Positions 1 to 13,501 of a DNA stretch of 64,000 bases are shown here, one piece after another. Position 1 is the stretch's first letter. Every line of letters begins with the position of its first letter. The stretch spans positions 30,200,932-30,264,931 of the forward strand of contig OZ316892.1 of NCBI GenBank assembly GCA_973895155.1, read 5' to 3'. The notes below the pieces were generated by a model that was not told the DNA's origin, did no database searches, and was given only the letters and a program-made list of their open reading frames with translations. This DNA comes from Marsupella aquatica. Taxonomy: Eukaryota; Plantae; Marchantiophyta. The translations under genes and the position numbers were made by a program.

Positions 1-1
1 C

Positions 2-3000
2 ATGCATAGCGCGGGGACCACGAGTCAAGCAGTTACTGTGTTGCAGAATCGTCTACAACGAGGCATTACTACGAACTCGTACACATATGTGAAAGTTCTG
101 CAGATGTGCTCGAAACACAAAGACCTTTTAGCCGCGAAGCAGGTGCAACACCACATCATCCAGAGTGGGATGGACAAGAATGAATATGTGGCGGTAACCC
201 TCCTGAATGTGTATATCAAATGTGGGGCATTGTTGGATGCCCGCCGAGTTTTTGATCAACTTGACAAGAAAAGTGTTATTACTTGGAACAACATGATTGC
301 AGGATATGCTAAGAATGATCATGCTGAATCTGCACTAAAGCTTTTCAATCAAATGCGCCAAGAAGGCGTACAGCCTAATGAGAACACATATCTGAGCATC
401 CTGAAGGCATGTGCCTACCCGTCAGCTCTAAAATGGGGAAAGGAAGTTCATGTGTATATTCGACAGACTGGCTTTGAATCAGATGTGCGTGTAGGGACTG
501 CCCTCCTACTGATGTATGCAAAGAGTGGCACTATCGATGACGCCCGACTAGTTTTTGACAGAATGGAGAAACGTGATGGAGTGACATGGAATGCGATGCT
601 TAGAGCATATGCAGAAACTGGTCATGGTGTGGAAGCATATCGACTATTCCTCCAAATGAGACGGGAAGGATTCGAACCAGATGCAATCACTTATCTGAGC
701 ATCCTGAATGCATCTGCAAGTGAGGGTGCTTTGGAATGGGTGAAGGAGATTCATGGCCACGCTAGCAAAGCCGGACTGGAGTCGGATTTGCGTGTGGGCA
801 ATGCACTCGTTCACATGTATGCAAAGAGTGGCAGTATAGATAATGCTCGACTGGTTTTTGACAGAATGGAGAAACGCGATGTAATCACATGGAATGTAAT
901 GATAGGAGGACTTGCACAAGATGGATGTGGGCATGAAGCATATCGATTGTTTCTCCAAATGAGAAGGGAAGGCTTTGAACCAGATGCATTCACTTATGTG
1001 AGTATTCTGAGTGCATCTGCAAGTCCGGGGGCTTTGCAGTGGGTGAAGGAGGTTCATGGCCACGCTAGCAAAGCCCGACTTGAGTCGAAGTTGCGTGTGG
1101 GCAGTGCACTCGTTCACATGTATACCAAGAGTGGCAGTATAGATGATGCCCGACTGGTTTTCGACAAAATGGAGAAACGTGACGTTGTAATATGGAATAC
1201 CATGATTGGGGGACTTGCACAACATGGATGTGGGTATGAAGCATATCGATTGTTTCTCCAAATGAGACGGGAAGGCTTCGAACCAGATGCAATCACTTAT
1301 CTTAGCATCCTGAATGCATCTGCAAGTGCGCGAGCTTTGGAGTGGGTGAAGGAGGTTCATGGCCACGCTAGCAAAGCCGGACTGGAGTCGGATTTGCGTG
1401 TGGGCAATGCACTGGTTCACATGTATGCAAAGAGTGGCAGTATAGATAATGCTCGACTGGTTTTTGACAGAATGGAGAAACGCGATGTATTCACATGGAA
1501 CATAATGATCGGTGGACTTGCACAACATGGATGTGGGGAGGGAGCATATAGACTGTTTCTTCAAATGAGACGTGAAGGCTTCGAAGCAAATGCATTTACT
1601 TATGCTAGTATTCTCAATGCATCTGCAAGTGAGGGGGCTTTGGAATGGGTGAAGGAAGTTCATGGCCATGCTAGCAAAGCGGGACTAGAGTTAGATTTGC
1701 GTGTGGGTAGTGCGCTGGTTCACATGTATGCAAAAAGTGGCAGTATAGATGATGCCCGACTGGTTTTTGACAGAATGGAGAAACGCGATGTATTCACATG
1801 GAACATAATGATCGGTGGACTTGCACAACATGGATGTGGGGAGGAAGCATTTAGACTGTTTCTTCAAATGAGACGTGAAGGCTTCGAAGCAAATGCATTT
1901 ACTTATGCTAGTATTCTCAATGCATCTGCAAGTGAGGGGGCTTTGGAATGGGTGAAGGAAGTTCATGGCCATGCTAGCATAGCGGGACTAGAGTCAGATT
2001 TGCGTGTGGGTAGTGCGCTGGTTCACATGTATGCAAAAAGTGGCAGTATAGATGATGCCCGACTGGTTTTCGACAGAATGGAGAAACGTGATGTTGTCAC
2101 ATGGAATATAATGATCGGTGGACTTGCACAACATGGATGTGGGCATGAAGCATATCGACTGTTTCTCCAAATGAGACTTGAAGGCTTCGAACCAGATGCA
2201 ATCACTTATCTGAGTATTCTGAGTGCATCTGCAAGTGCGGGGGCTTTGGAGTGGGTGAAGGAGGTTCATGGCCACGCTAGGAAAGCCGGACTGGAGTCGG
2301 ATCTGCGTGTGGGCAACGCACTCGTTCACATGTATGCAAAGAGTGGCAGTATAGATGACGCCCAACAAGTTTTTGACAGACTCGGGAAACGCGATGTAAT
2401 CACATGGAACATAATGATCGGTGGACTTGCACAACACGGACATGGGCATAAAGCCCTGGAACTTTTCCGGCAAATGAATGCAGACCATGTGAAGCCCACC
2501 GAGACGTCATTCATAGCTGTGTTGTCAGCGTGTTCTCATGGAGGCCTTGTTGATGATGGCCGTAGAATGTTTTCAGCTATGACGCAAGATTATGGTATCG
2601 AGCGTACTGTTGTTCACTATAACCTCATGGTGGATATTCTTGGGCGGGCGGGACACTTGGAGGAAGCAAAGCAGTTCATCAGTAAGATGCCGATCGAACC
2701 AGATGATGTGACTTGGACAGCCTTGCTTGGGGCTTGTAGAACTTACGGTAACGTGGAGCTGGGTGAACGGGCCGCTAACGAGCTTTTCAAGTTGGAACCC
2801 GGTAAGGCCTCTACATATGTGCTGCTCTCCAATATCTATGCAACAGCTGGGAAGTGGGAGAAGGTGTCATCTGTGCGCACTATGATGCAAGAGAGAGGTG
2901 TTCGGAAGGAACCAGGACGTTGCTGGATTGATGTTGATAACAAGATCCATGAATTTGTTGTGGGGGATACATCTCACCCAGAAGCGGAGGCGATCTATTC

Positions 3001-3319
3001 TGAGCTGAGTAAATTGAGTGAAAAACTGAAGGCTGAAGGCTACATTCCGGATACCAAGCTTGTGGTGCATGATATTAATGAGGAGGATAAAGAGCTAGCT
3101 CTTTGCTCGCATAGTGAGAAGTTGGCTATTGTTTACGGACTCATGCACCTACCTTTGGGAGAACCAATTCGTGTAAATAAGAACCTTCGGGTGTGTTCAG
3201 ATTGCCACTCAGCGACCAAGTACATCTCTAGGGTGACAAGACGCGAGATTATTGCGAGGGATGCAAATCGGTTCCACCATTTCAAAGATGGAATGTGTTC
3301 TTGTGGTGATTACTGGTGA
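2..3319 (+). CDS. PLS-class pentatricopeptide repeat protein with E1/E2 and DYW cytidine deaminase domain (organellar C-to-U RNA editing factor); 5' end may lie upstream of the window
   Basis: 1105-aa uninterrupted ORF with about 26 P/L/S motifs (WN.MI.G.A..G, ALVHMYAKSGS), PG box PGRCWI, HSEKLA (HxE), CSDC zinc ligands and C-terminal CSCGDYW. Confidence 0.97.
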   Translation: MHSAGTTSQAVTVLQNRLQRGITTNSYTYVKVLQMCSKHKDLLAAKQVQHHIIQSGMDKNEYVAVTLLNVYIKCGALLDARRVFDQLDKKSVITWNNMIAGYAKNDHAESALKLFNQMRQEGVQPNENTYLSILKACAYPSALKWGKEVHVYIRQTGFESDVRVGTALLLMYAKSGTIDDARLVFDRMEKRDGVTWNAMLRAYAETGHGVEAYRLFLQMRREGFEPDAITYLSILNASASEGALEWVKEIHGHASKAGLESDLRVGNALVHMYAKSGSIDNARLVFDRMEKRDVITWNVMIGGLAQDGCGHEAYRLFLQMRREGFEPDAFTYVSILSASASPGALQWVKEVHGHASKARLESKLRVGSALVHMYTKSGSIDDARLVFDKMEKRDVVIWNTMIGGLAQHGCGYEAYRLFLQMRREGFEPDAITYLSILNASASARALEWVKEVHGHASKAGLESDLRVGNALVHMYAKSGSIDNARLVFDRMEKRDVFTWNIMIGGLAQHGCGEGAYRLFLQMRREGFEANAFTYASILNASASEGALEWVKEVHGHASKAGLELDLRVGSALVHMYAKSGSIDDARLVFDRMEKRDVFTWNIMIGGLAQHGCGEEAFRLFLQMRREGFEANAFTYASILNASASEGALEWVKEVHGHASIAGLESDLRVGSALVHMYAKSGSIDDARLVFDRMEKRDVVTWNIMIGGLAQHGCGHEAYRLFLQMRLEGFEPDAITYLSILSASASAGALEWVKEVHGHARKAGLESDLRVGNALVHMYAKSGSIDDAQQVFDRLGKRDVITWNIMIGGLAQHGHGHKALELFRQMNADHVKPTETSFIAVLSACSHGGLVDDGRRMFSAMTQDYGIERTVVHYNLMVDILGRAGHLEEAKQFISKMPIEPDDVTWTALLGACRTYGNVELGERAANELFKLEPGKASTYVLLSNIYATAGKWEKVSSVRTMMQERGVRKEPGRCWIDVDNKIHEFVVGDTSHPEAEAIYSELSKLSEKLKAEGYIPDTKLVVHDINEEDKELALCSHSEKLAIVYGLMHLPLGEPIRVNKNLRVCSDCHSATKYISRVTRREIIARDANRFHHFKDGMCSCGDYW
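480..2450 (+). repeat. Tandem 303-bp (101-aa PLS triplet) coding repeats
   Basis: The AKSG-encoding segment recurs at ~518, 821, 1124, 1427, 1730, 2033 and 2336; units ~1480-1780 and ~1783-2085 are almost identical at DNA level. Confidence 0.9.
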
Positions 3320-6300
3320 ACCCAGCTGTGTTGGGCTGGCTGGAAAGTGATCTAAAGCAGTACTCACTGGCAGCGCAGGTACAATCAGGTGTTCGTTGCT
3401 GCAATTCTGTAACATTAATTTTGAGATTCTGCAATTTGGGTTTGTAACTAGCCCTCTTCTGGCTGAAAGACGTTTTCATGTAAGAGAAATGTTAAGGGGA
3501 TTTACTTTTGAGAGTCGAAATCATAGATGCGTGAAATCAAGCTCTTGGCCCGCCATGTAGAAAGTTCGTTTGATATCTTGGTTACATTTTGTTGTTAGAT
3601 TAGAAGAAGGGTTCGCATACAGTAGCTGCCTTGCCATGAACATAGTACTGGACGGGAACTTACTTTGCTAACACGAGACATCAAGGACATGAAGATAAAA
3701 TTCGCCGATGACAACCTCCACCAGCATAAAACTTTGAGCAATCAGTTTCAGACTTGCAGAGAAAGCCCTGCACTCAACCAAAGATATGAAGTTTCATCTG
3801 CAACTCAACTGTTCTGAGCTTCGCAGATTCACAAGATAAGGTCGTGAAAGGTGCTCTAAAGCATGTTAACTACTCCGGGTTTTGGGAAGGAGGAAGTCCT
3901 GAAATTATGCGAGAATGAGAATGATGCACTGTACACTGCTATCCTCAAGGATCATCGGACAAGGCAGGAAAGTGGGCTGTATTTGCAGTAGAAATTTTGC
4001 TACGTTGATGGCATGATTGAAATCTGAAAGCTCATAAACAGTGCATGTGAACGGAGAAGGGAGCATAGTTTTGCAAGGAAGTGGATGAGCATGTCTGTTG
4101 CTTCTGCCGGGCCCATGCCTACTTAAAATCGATTCATCTTGGAGAAGGTCTTAAGAGGGAGATTAATCTGTTATCTCTTCTTTTTGGTTTGAATTTGCTT
4201 GGGTGAGATTGATGTCGAAGACGTCTGGTGGAAGAACACCATTCTTCCTTTGAGCTAACGTAACAGCATTCAGGCAGCAATCAATCATGAACTGTAATTT
4301 GTGCATGTTCTTGACAGTAGAATGCCAATGTGAGTTGTGAATTGTTCTCCTCAATTGTTGGCAGTCAAAAGTCACCCAATGAGGTATTGTATGATGCAAG
4401 CAAACAGGAAATTTCGCTAGCAAGAGTGGGAGTGGCCGGCAATACCCTACTGCAGCTGAAAATCCACTGATTGCTCTGAGTCCAACCTGCCCACTTCTCA
4501 TCTTTTTGTGGTGAAGTCTCCACTGTTGCTTCAAACTCACGTCCCATCTGGTTTTGGCTCCTTTTTGCTTGGTGTTGCTGTTGTGGGATTCTTGACTCAT
4601 TAAGCCTACCTAGCCTTCTTTGGTGCCCCATAGGCCTCAGCATTACTTCCTACCTTTCCATTCATTGTGTACCAAGGTGATTCACCTCCAAGAACGATCT
4701 CCTTTGTCCAAATCTACAGTGGCCCTGATGGCTTCCAATGCTTGGAACACCTCTAGATGGCCTCCCTTATGCCTGCTACACTGACCTTGCACAATAATGC
4801 TGGTCAAGTTGTGTGTGGTTCCAGAGGAAGGTTCATATCTTCTGGTCAGTGTGCATGCAATGAGGCTGGTCTTCAGGCCATTTCAGAGTATTTGCGGAGT
4901 GTTGTGCACGGTCTCTTGCATGCGATGCTGAGTGTCCACATTTAAGCATTTGGACTCTCATAACATTGTTGTTTAAACATTAAGGCTCCCATGGAATTGA
5001 TGTTAAAACCTTTAAACTCGGCTAGTATTGATTATCTGGGGGCAATGTTAGACTCCCATAACATTTTTGTTATGTCGTTTAAGCACCACTGGCATCAAAG
5101 GTGACTCATCCAGTTGCATTCTTAGACTCCCATGACATTTTTGGTTAAACTTTTTATCTCCTGTAGCTTTGATGTTGAAACTTTCAAGCTCCGATAGCAT
5201 CCAAAGTGTCACCATTTTAGTGTTGTAAAATATTCAATTTTGTACGTCGGACAAGAATTAATTAAATGTGGCACAGTCGGGAGCCGGGATATATACTGTA
5301 GCGGACTCAATGTCAATCTACACCACATCTAATCTAGCCACCATTCAGCGTTGCTAACATCAATCACCACCCTTGCAACCAACTCAACTCACCGCCACTC
5401 ATGGCCCCATCGCCGCAGCACATCCACAATGCCAAGGCACATGACCTTCTTGAATTCCTGTCGCGTTTAATTTGCTTCCTCAATGTGCTCATCGCCTTGG
5501 ATTCCCCTTCAGCACTACATCCATGGCTGCGGAATTCATACTTTGTTACTCACCTCCATCTACGTTGTTATTCCATTCACCCATAGGACCCAAATCGCCT
5601 TCACTGTCCTACTCACCATACACTACTCTCATATAGAGCCTCCATTTGACGTCTATTACAGATGTACTTCACATTCAGAATCACAACGTTGGTGTTTTGG
5701 TCCGGAATCAGTGTGCCCGGGTGTTTTGGTGACAGTATGGACTTCCACGTTTATTCTTCCTGCCCTGTTCACAGACAAACATCAAATGAATCTCACGGTT
5801 AGTTGTTATCTGGGCGAAAATAAATCCAAAATGAGAAGTAAACTGAAATTTATACATGGTCACAATAGTGTGATATGCAACGCAATGGTTGGTAGTCAAA
5901 TTTCTGCAATAGATGTTACTATAGAGGCTGTGTATGACATACGTATAGCAGCAGAGCTCTAGTACTCACTCAGTGGTTTTGTCAACAGTATGAAATATTT
6001 GATTGAGTATGAAACAAGCAATAGGTGAGCATTGTGTCTGTTCCTTAGAATCAAATGGACACCTTCCTGGTCAGTCATTTGTAATAGATCCCTATCCAAG
6101 CCAATCATTGGTCTAGTCACAGTTTGGATCTGTGTTTAACTCCCATTTCAGGGATGTCTTCTTCATCAATTCACAAAGATTTTACACAGTCATGGTATCA
6201 TAGCCATAACTCTGAAATCTGCACCGCATACTTTAAGATGTCTTCTACAACAACGATCACATTCTCTTATATATCAATGGACTAGTAAGACTAATATTCA

Positions 6301-6539
6301 TTTAGAGCAAATCATGAGAGAAAGATTGGTGATACATAGTAGATCTAACAATGTCTCCTATCTCAGACATCACACAATGGAGGTGGGCCAATCGGGCTCT
6401 ATAGGTGGTGCTCAACAAACACAGCCACATTCAAATAAATGATCTGGCAGTTTTGGGAATCCAAATTCTAGTCTGCAATCTGGCCTGCAATCACTACTGG
6501 CCCCTAGTCAAATCCCTACCAAACACTTGTCCTTGTCCA

Positions 6540-8990
6540 AAGCGCGGCTCAAACTCATCTTTGGCTTGTCCGAAGGCACGGACAGGGCATCAAGGGGGGA
6601 AGGGGGCCAAGTACCACTCATCCAGTTTCACGCCCGACGGGTCCATGGACAACGGCTTCCTTCTCAGAACATGTATCAGGCCAAAGGTTGCGAAGTGGCT
6701 TGACTTCCAGCGGTACGCACTCCACATGATGGAGACTCACGGAACTCGACTACCTTAACACTTAGCTCCGGTGTCGTTGACTCCGACGCCGAGCTCCTCT
6801 ATGGTCCAAGCCCGGAACAACCATCCGGTGAGGACTAAGCATGGGGAGACTAGTGGGCAATGAGGCATTGCACTAGCGAGAGCAAGGCACTGAGTTGGTG
6901 ACGCACACTAAGGACTTAAACTAGCTTGGGGCTGGTCGGGTCATAAAGAGGGCCTGGCTCAAGGTCGACCGTCCGGACCCCCGGACGGACTTTGAGTTCT
7001 GAGGGCTTGAGTGAGAGCTCCTCTTGGGCCCAAGGCTAATGGAGTTTACTTCATGCGTAACGGACGCTTGTGGCATGAGATAAGGCCCGGTCCAGGTGTG
7101 GCCGCCCGGGGATCCCACGCGATGACAAGTTCTGAGGGGCCTCGGCATAAGCACAACGAGCGTCTAACTAGAAAGTTATGGGCATAGCCAGCTAGTGGCG
7201 TGCCCATACGTGTGGGTTGGGGTCCAGGTGGGGGGACCAAAGTAGGTCTGGGGCTGGCAGGTCTCCCAAAGCATGTATGAGGGGAGTGGTGTCTCCCTAG
7301 GGGACAAGGGCAAGCCCAAGTTGTGAGCCATGGCGGTTGCGACACCAAGGGGTGACGCCAAACGGAAACGGTGATAACTTCCCAACGGGAAGTCCGTTGG
7401 AGGACTTCTTGGGTGCATTGGAAATATCTCAATGAAGACCAAATCCTCTTGAGATCAGATGGGTATAGGGGTGCCATGGATTCTTGGGGCTTCCGAGGGC
7501 TAGCTTGCTCGCTTGCCAAATCTTGTCGAAACAACAGCCAAGCTGCGTTCAGTTTCCCATGGGAGTTTGCATTGGGGAGGCAAGGCCAAGTAGGCATGGA
7601 GTTTGATTTCCAAGTGCACTTGGCCCCTAGGCTATCAGTTGAGTGAGAACCGTGAGTTGGTTGCTAGAGTCAGGGTCATTCTGGTCCCAACGTTTTAGAA
7701 CAAGCTACGCTATTTGGGCCATGAGCATGTCCTAGGGGAAGGCAATCAGCCAGTGATGGATATGTACGTAGGGGAGCCCGGGCTGCACCCAAAGAGGGGT
7801 TGTTCTGGACAAACAATGGGTGTCAATTCTGGCTCCCGCTTATGGCAAGGCCACGCGGGCCAGGGAGGACCTATTTGCTGACCTACTTACCCATGTTGAG
7901 TTTGAGTTAGGATGCTAGACTTGGGAAGCCTAGATCCTTTGGGTTACTTATCGGAGTGTCTGGTTTCTTGTGCAAAATAGTGAGGACCGTTGAGCAATAG
8001 TCGTGTTAGGGAGCAAGTGCGGCTTTGTATGGGAGGGGCTGCTCGGGGTGTAAGAGGCATCAAGTTGCTTGCTCAAGGAGTTCTGTGGAGGCGTTAAGGC
8101 ACCAAGGGCACTTAGGCGTGGGTGTTGGGATTGGTGAGGGTGCTGAGCGGAAAGGTCCACCACTTGGAGCCTAGAGAAGAGATATTTGCAGCCCAGGTAA
8201 TTTAGGTAGAGAATTATCAACCAAGGAAGTGGACTTCCTTCTTTGCTAAAAAATTCCACAAGGAGATGGAGTGGTGTCGGAAGACATTCTATATTGGGGG
8301 CAAGGCGTACCTAGCCAGCCACATTGAAAATCATCTTGGAGTGGTATGCATGTTTTGACCTACAGATGCTCCCGTGATGTAATGAGCCGAAGATTAGCCA
8401 GTCCAAGTGGGTCTTCCCAGCAGAGAGGAGACCCCAGCCCAAAGCCAAGAGCCTGGTACCCGTGGCCCCCACCCAAGCTTGAGGCCGACCAATGGGGCCC
8501 CTTCCTCGTTGCCTAACACCGTTGTCATTGCGGCACTAGAGGCACAAAACCAAGCCATGGCAAACCTTGCTGCCTGGCCGATCCAACAGATGGTGGAGGT
8601 GGGTTGAGAGAGTTGGAGTGCTTGATCAAGAAGGTTTGTATTCTATACTCTATTGTTGACTTCTGCAACCCAGGAAGGCTGGTAGAAGGATCTAGAGGAC
8701 ACCAAAGCACAGTCACAGAGAGACGGAGCCCAGGTTGATGCCCTCAAGGCCAAAGTGAATCGACTGCAATAGGAGGCCACAACCCTAGACCAACTTGTGG
8801 CTTAACTAACGAGCGACGTGGGTTAGAAGCGGCGGAGAAGGCAGACGCGTCTAAGTGAGAGTTCAATTTGACTCCTTGAATGAGCAGGTCCGGCTATTGA
8901 AGTAGGACATCAATCGGCTGAGGAGTCAGTGTGATGCAAGGTCTGGGTCTGGTTTAGGTGGAGTTGGCAAGCGCCCCATTCATCAGGGGC
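6540..8990 (+). pseudogene. Degenerate copy of the retroelement accessory-type ORF seen at 11559, interrupted by a ~1.4-kb insertion (~6745-8185)
   Basis: 6540-6745 encodes ARLKLIFGL...GGKGAKYHSSSF...DNGFLLRTC...FQRYALHMME, matching ORF 11559; homology resumes at ~8195 (VENYQPRKWTSFFAKKFHKEME) and in the coiled-coil tail at ~8730-8930, with stops. Confidence 0.7.
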
Positions 8991-11532
8991 GTAGTTAGAG
9001 TTAGTTAGGTTTGTCAGCAGCGTGGGTAGGCGCCAAATTAGTTAGCGCACTGTTCTTTGAAGCCAACATAATCTGAAAGTAGAATCTTAGTATACGATGT
9101 GCCATTAGAACTCTGACACCTAGGTTAGATTAGGACCGTTGGTTCAACCCAGGCCACGACGCTTAGATAGTATTTAGTGCACCCCGATAGGAGCAAGGAG
9201 GGAGATTTTAGTTTAGTGTGGTGCGTCCCATGGCTCCCAAAACCCAAGAAACCCGCTTGCACAAGCCGATTCCCGTAGGTTTTGCCCTTGGCAAGGCCGG
9301 TTTTGCGGCTTAGCGGCATGGGACGCTGCTAACCTCCTTCTACTAACATTTTACACACATATATTGGACAGATCCTTCATTGGGTCATGAGATACGTAGC
9401 CGGCCTCTTCTATGTCTTCCCTTGGTCTCCTCTCTCGGTCTTCCTTTAGGTATGTTTGGATTCCGCCGCCAAAATGATCCCCAATTGGCTTGGGTAAGCC
9501 GCTAAGACCTCTCTCAGCTCGACACATCCAACTCTTACTACCTTGCTTACTCCCTTCTCTTGGTTGATGTGGGCAATCTTCAAACAAGTTAATGCGACAC
9601 ACAAATAGCAAAATGACTCCTTCTGACTGAGTTATACCATGCACTTGCCATACAAACAGTACTTCTCATACACAAGATTTGCGAACTAAGCCGTGAGGCC
9701 AACTCTATTCATCTCTTAGGCATGAGGAAACGTGAATATACACAAGGGTCACAATATAACCTCGAGTATAACTAATTGAGAGCTTCTTTTACTACCTGAT
9801 CCCAGCCCTGCTGGTGCACTAAAAACTTGCTAAAGAAGAAGGCCCTCAACTCCCCGCAGCCCAGGTACTTATCCTGGCAGTGGATCCGCCTAATTCTTTG
9901 CAGCGTAAGCCTAATCTACCTAACTGTAATCTACCTATGTACAACGAGACAGGAGCACAAGTGTTGCTCTTACCAGTGGATCCGCAATCCCACTAATCTA
10001 AGTGTCAGGGCCACCTCCTGGTCCTGATCCTAATTCTAAATTTGGAGATCTGAGCCCACCCTGCCCACTCACGCCTCCTCCCTCCACGTCCGCCCTCCTT
10101 AAAAGGAGCGGCCCTCCACCACCGTCATGGTAGCGGTGGCTGATCCTCAATGGATGCCCCCAACGCTTCTTCTGCAGCCACTGCCATAGGTCCATCCTCT
10201 GACAGATTACCTGCCCCGGACCGAGTCAACTCTCCATCGGCCTGATTGGGTCCACCCTCGGCTTCGGTCTCACCTGCTTGATTGTAGGACTGTCGGGCTG
10301 GTTTGGTTTCTCTGTTGCCGGCCTCTATTCCGGAACCTCCTCTAGTGCCCTTGCCTGCAGTGGAAGTACCGGGGCAAAGATCTAACTTCGGGCATACTAT
10401 GACGCTGCCGGTACGGCGGGTAATGAGTAATTCGGTCTAACCGCGCTTAGCACGCTCGTTAGGGGTATCTTAGGCCGTTATTATTAGCATAACAATAGTA
10501 CTTAGGTAGCCATTATGAGTAGGAAATCATTAGTCAATAAGGGGAATCCATGTTCGGGCTGGCGGCGGGTCGCCATTCGCACGCCCGGGTTGCAAGCGTA
10601 TAATGGGCCCTTTTTCCCCCTCCCTCGGGTCCATATAACAAACTCCGGAGGCGGCCATTGACACGAGCTGACCCGGACTGGAGAAGGGGCCGGTACACTG
10701 TGAGCGTGAAAGGCTCGACCTATAAGCGATGAGGAGGCGTCGGGCAATTGACGAGCTCTCAGGGTATAAAAGGGGGCCGATCCTTTGCAATGCACCAAGC
10801 TCTCCAGTCCACGCGCCAGCTTCGATCCCAGCTCTCTCGTATTTCCTTAGTCACCTACTATCTCTCCTGAATGTCGCACACGATCCTTTCCAGTTTGGCC
10901 ATACGATTCTGGACTCAATTCCTGTCTATCGGAGGGCACTTGGCGACTCATTGAAACACGCCAATCCGCGCTGATATGAGATCGAACGCAAATATGAGAG
11001 AGCCATCCGCCTAGCAGGCCGCCACCATTATCTCCTTAACTTTGAGTACTCGTCACAAAGTGAGCTTTACCGACCCGAAGAGGTATTAGGGTACTTCTTT
11101 GACGGAGGCAAATACATCGGCTTCTGGGAGGCACTGCTTCGGCTTCCGAACGAGGATTCAATATTCCGGGCACGATCAACTTACAGCAGCACCACTTCGA
11201 CCACATCCCTGCTTGGGTCTGGGCCATCATCAACGGCGAGTTCAACACTACCCGATCGACAGGACCATCTTCACTTGCGTCAGAAAACCTCCACCGGCAC
11301 TTGCAGAACTTCATGGCAACTCTACCATCAACAACCAGTGCCGACCAACCCGTGCCCGTACCCACACCTACACCTCCTCGGCCTCAGCCAAGCTGGTCCC
11401 CGCCACCGGTTCCACCACCTCTCCGAGTACGATCCGTGGTGAATGCGGTACATATCAGCTCCAAAGACGAGGAGGCTCACCCTCCTCTGAATCGATGACT
11501 GCGGGGTACGAACAACCCCACACCACCCCAGC

Positions 11533-11557
11533 TTAGGGTTTAGGGTTAAACCCTAAA
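11533..11557. repeat. Inverted (head-to-head) plant telomere-repeat palindrome
   Basis: TTAGGGTTTAGGGTTAAACCCTAAA immediately before the ATG at 11559. Confidence 0.8.
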
Positions 11558-11558
11558 C

Positions 11559-13501
11559 ATGGTAACACTAGCAGCCCCGGCACCAATACTCATGGCAGTC
11601 GCGTTACCACCACCTGACCAAGAGGATGGAGAGATGTCCCCTTCTTCTAGTCACCTTGGGAATCAGTCTCGGGGTAGGAAGAGGAAGGAGCCCGCAACCG
11701 TATCCGGGTTGCCTTTGGCCACGGTTGCGGTAGCCAAGCTGACCATGCATCGCATGGGGGACAACATTCACAAGAACATCCTCCACCCCAAGCATGCATG
11801 CTATCTGAAGACCCAGGGGTTTGAGCACCTCGCCTTTCTCCCTTGGAACAGGAGCAGGTATTACGGGCAGGATATGACAAAGTTCATTCAGAACTTTGAC
11901 GAGGCTCGTCAACAACCCCGAGCGCATGGGAGAGTGATGTGTCTCGATGAGGCACGTCTGAAGATGATTTTTGGCTTACCCGAGGGGATAAACCGGGTAG
12001 AGTCGCGGGCTCCTGGGGGCAAGGGAGCTAAATACCAGTCATCTAGCTTCCCGGCCGAAGGGGTAGTGGACAATGGGTTCTTAATGAGGACGTGCCTCAT
12101 CCCGGAGGTAGCAGAACGCCTAGAGTTCCAGCGGTATGCCCTCCACATGATGGAACCTAGAGGAGAAATATCGGCCGCTCAGGTCATTCAGGTGGAGAAC
12201 TATCGGCCCAGGAAGTGGGCGTCCTTCTTCATCAAGAAGTTCTACGAGGAGATGGAGCAAAGAAGGAAGACTTTGTACCTTGGTGGGAGGGCGTACTTCG
12301 CTAGCCACATCGAAATCATCCTCAAGTGGTACGCTCGTTTTGACCGCCAGAGCCTCCCACGTCTCAATGAGCCCGAGCTGACCCCGCCAAAATGGGTATT
12401 CCCAGCCCAGGTAAGGCGACCGCAGCCCGAGGCCCGAGGCCCGAAGTCTGGCAGCTGCAAGTCCTGCTACCCCGGCCCCGCAACCCGCCGCTATCGCCCC
12501 GCTAGGCATACCCATTGACGTTATCGCGACCTTAGACGCGATCAATCGGGACAATGCCATTGAAGTCGGGCCGGATGAAGCCGTACTTGAAGTAGATGCC
12601 ACGGTAGCCGGGGAGATTCCTCCACCCCCCCACGGTTGTGCAGGAGAACCACCCACCTCCAGTGGAACCAGCCCCTTTGACCGACTTACCTCAAGGGCTG
12701 GATGTGTCCACTCCTACTCCCGCACGGGTTGGAGTCTGTCCGTGCCCAAATCCCGGAGGACATAGTCTAGACCATCCGGAACTCTTTGCGTCAGGCATAT
12801 TTCTGAACGAGTTGTTGGGAGATTTCTCGCAATAGATCTCTTGGGACACCGGGGAATACATGGCCCGGAGGGTGGCCTACTTCTTCAACCAGGAGTTGGT
12901 TGCAGCAGTAAGGGCAGGAGATGTGTAGGCAGAGACCGCGCAAAGAATAGAGCGATATCAGGTTGAGTCTGCGTACCTGAAGGACAAAGTGGCAACCCTG
13001 GAGGCTGAACTCCAGCAACTACGGCCTCAAGTAACGGCCACGGAAGACCAGGTCGCCGAGGCTAGAGCCCAAGCAGCGTTGGCAGTATAGGCCGGGCTCG
13101 AAAAGGACGCCGAGATTGCGCGGCTCCAAACCAAGATTGACGGTTTGCAGGGGCAAGCCGTCATTTGGCAGAAGGATCTGGAGGAAGCTGACTCCAGGTC
13201 TCAATGGGACACAACCAAGATTGACACCCTGAAGGCAAAGGTGGCACGGCTTCAAGGAGAAGCCACAAAACAGGCCCAGTTGGTGGACAAACTAACGAGC
13301 GACACCCAACAACTGGAGGAGGCATGCCAGGAGGCCGCGGAAGAGGCAGACGCGGCGAAGCGGGAAAACAAATCTCTGCTGGACCAGGTCCAACTACTCA
13401 AGCAGGACGCCGACAGGCTCAGAAGGCAGCGGATAGCCATTCCCACTCAGGCGGCTTTGGCAAGCGTGCCAGGCATTAGCGGTGGAGTAGGATTAGAGTA
13501 G
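11559..13501 (+). pseudogene. Retroelement accessory-type protein: putative plant transposon protein-like domain, Pro-rich linker and coiled-coil tail; frameshifted
   Basis: ORF 11559-12518 has KFIQNFD...AHGRVMCLDEARLKMIFGLPEG, a pattern typical of LTR-element extra ORFs; coiled-coil ORF 13145-13501 follows; paralogous pieces occur elsewhere in the window. Confidence 0.55.

Noticed and set aside
25-3479. Antisense ORFs over the PPR gene (e.g. 644-1669)
   Set aside because: Shadows of the repetitive PPR coding strand with no independent motifs.
3500-6400. ORFs 4163-4600 and 5483-5962, and loose GACTCCCATAACATT repeats near 4950-5150
   Set aside because: No recognisable domain or element boundaries; cannot support a call.
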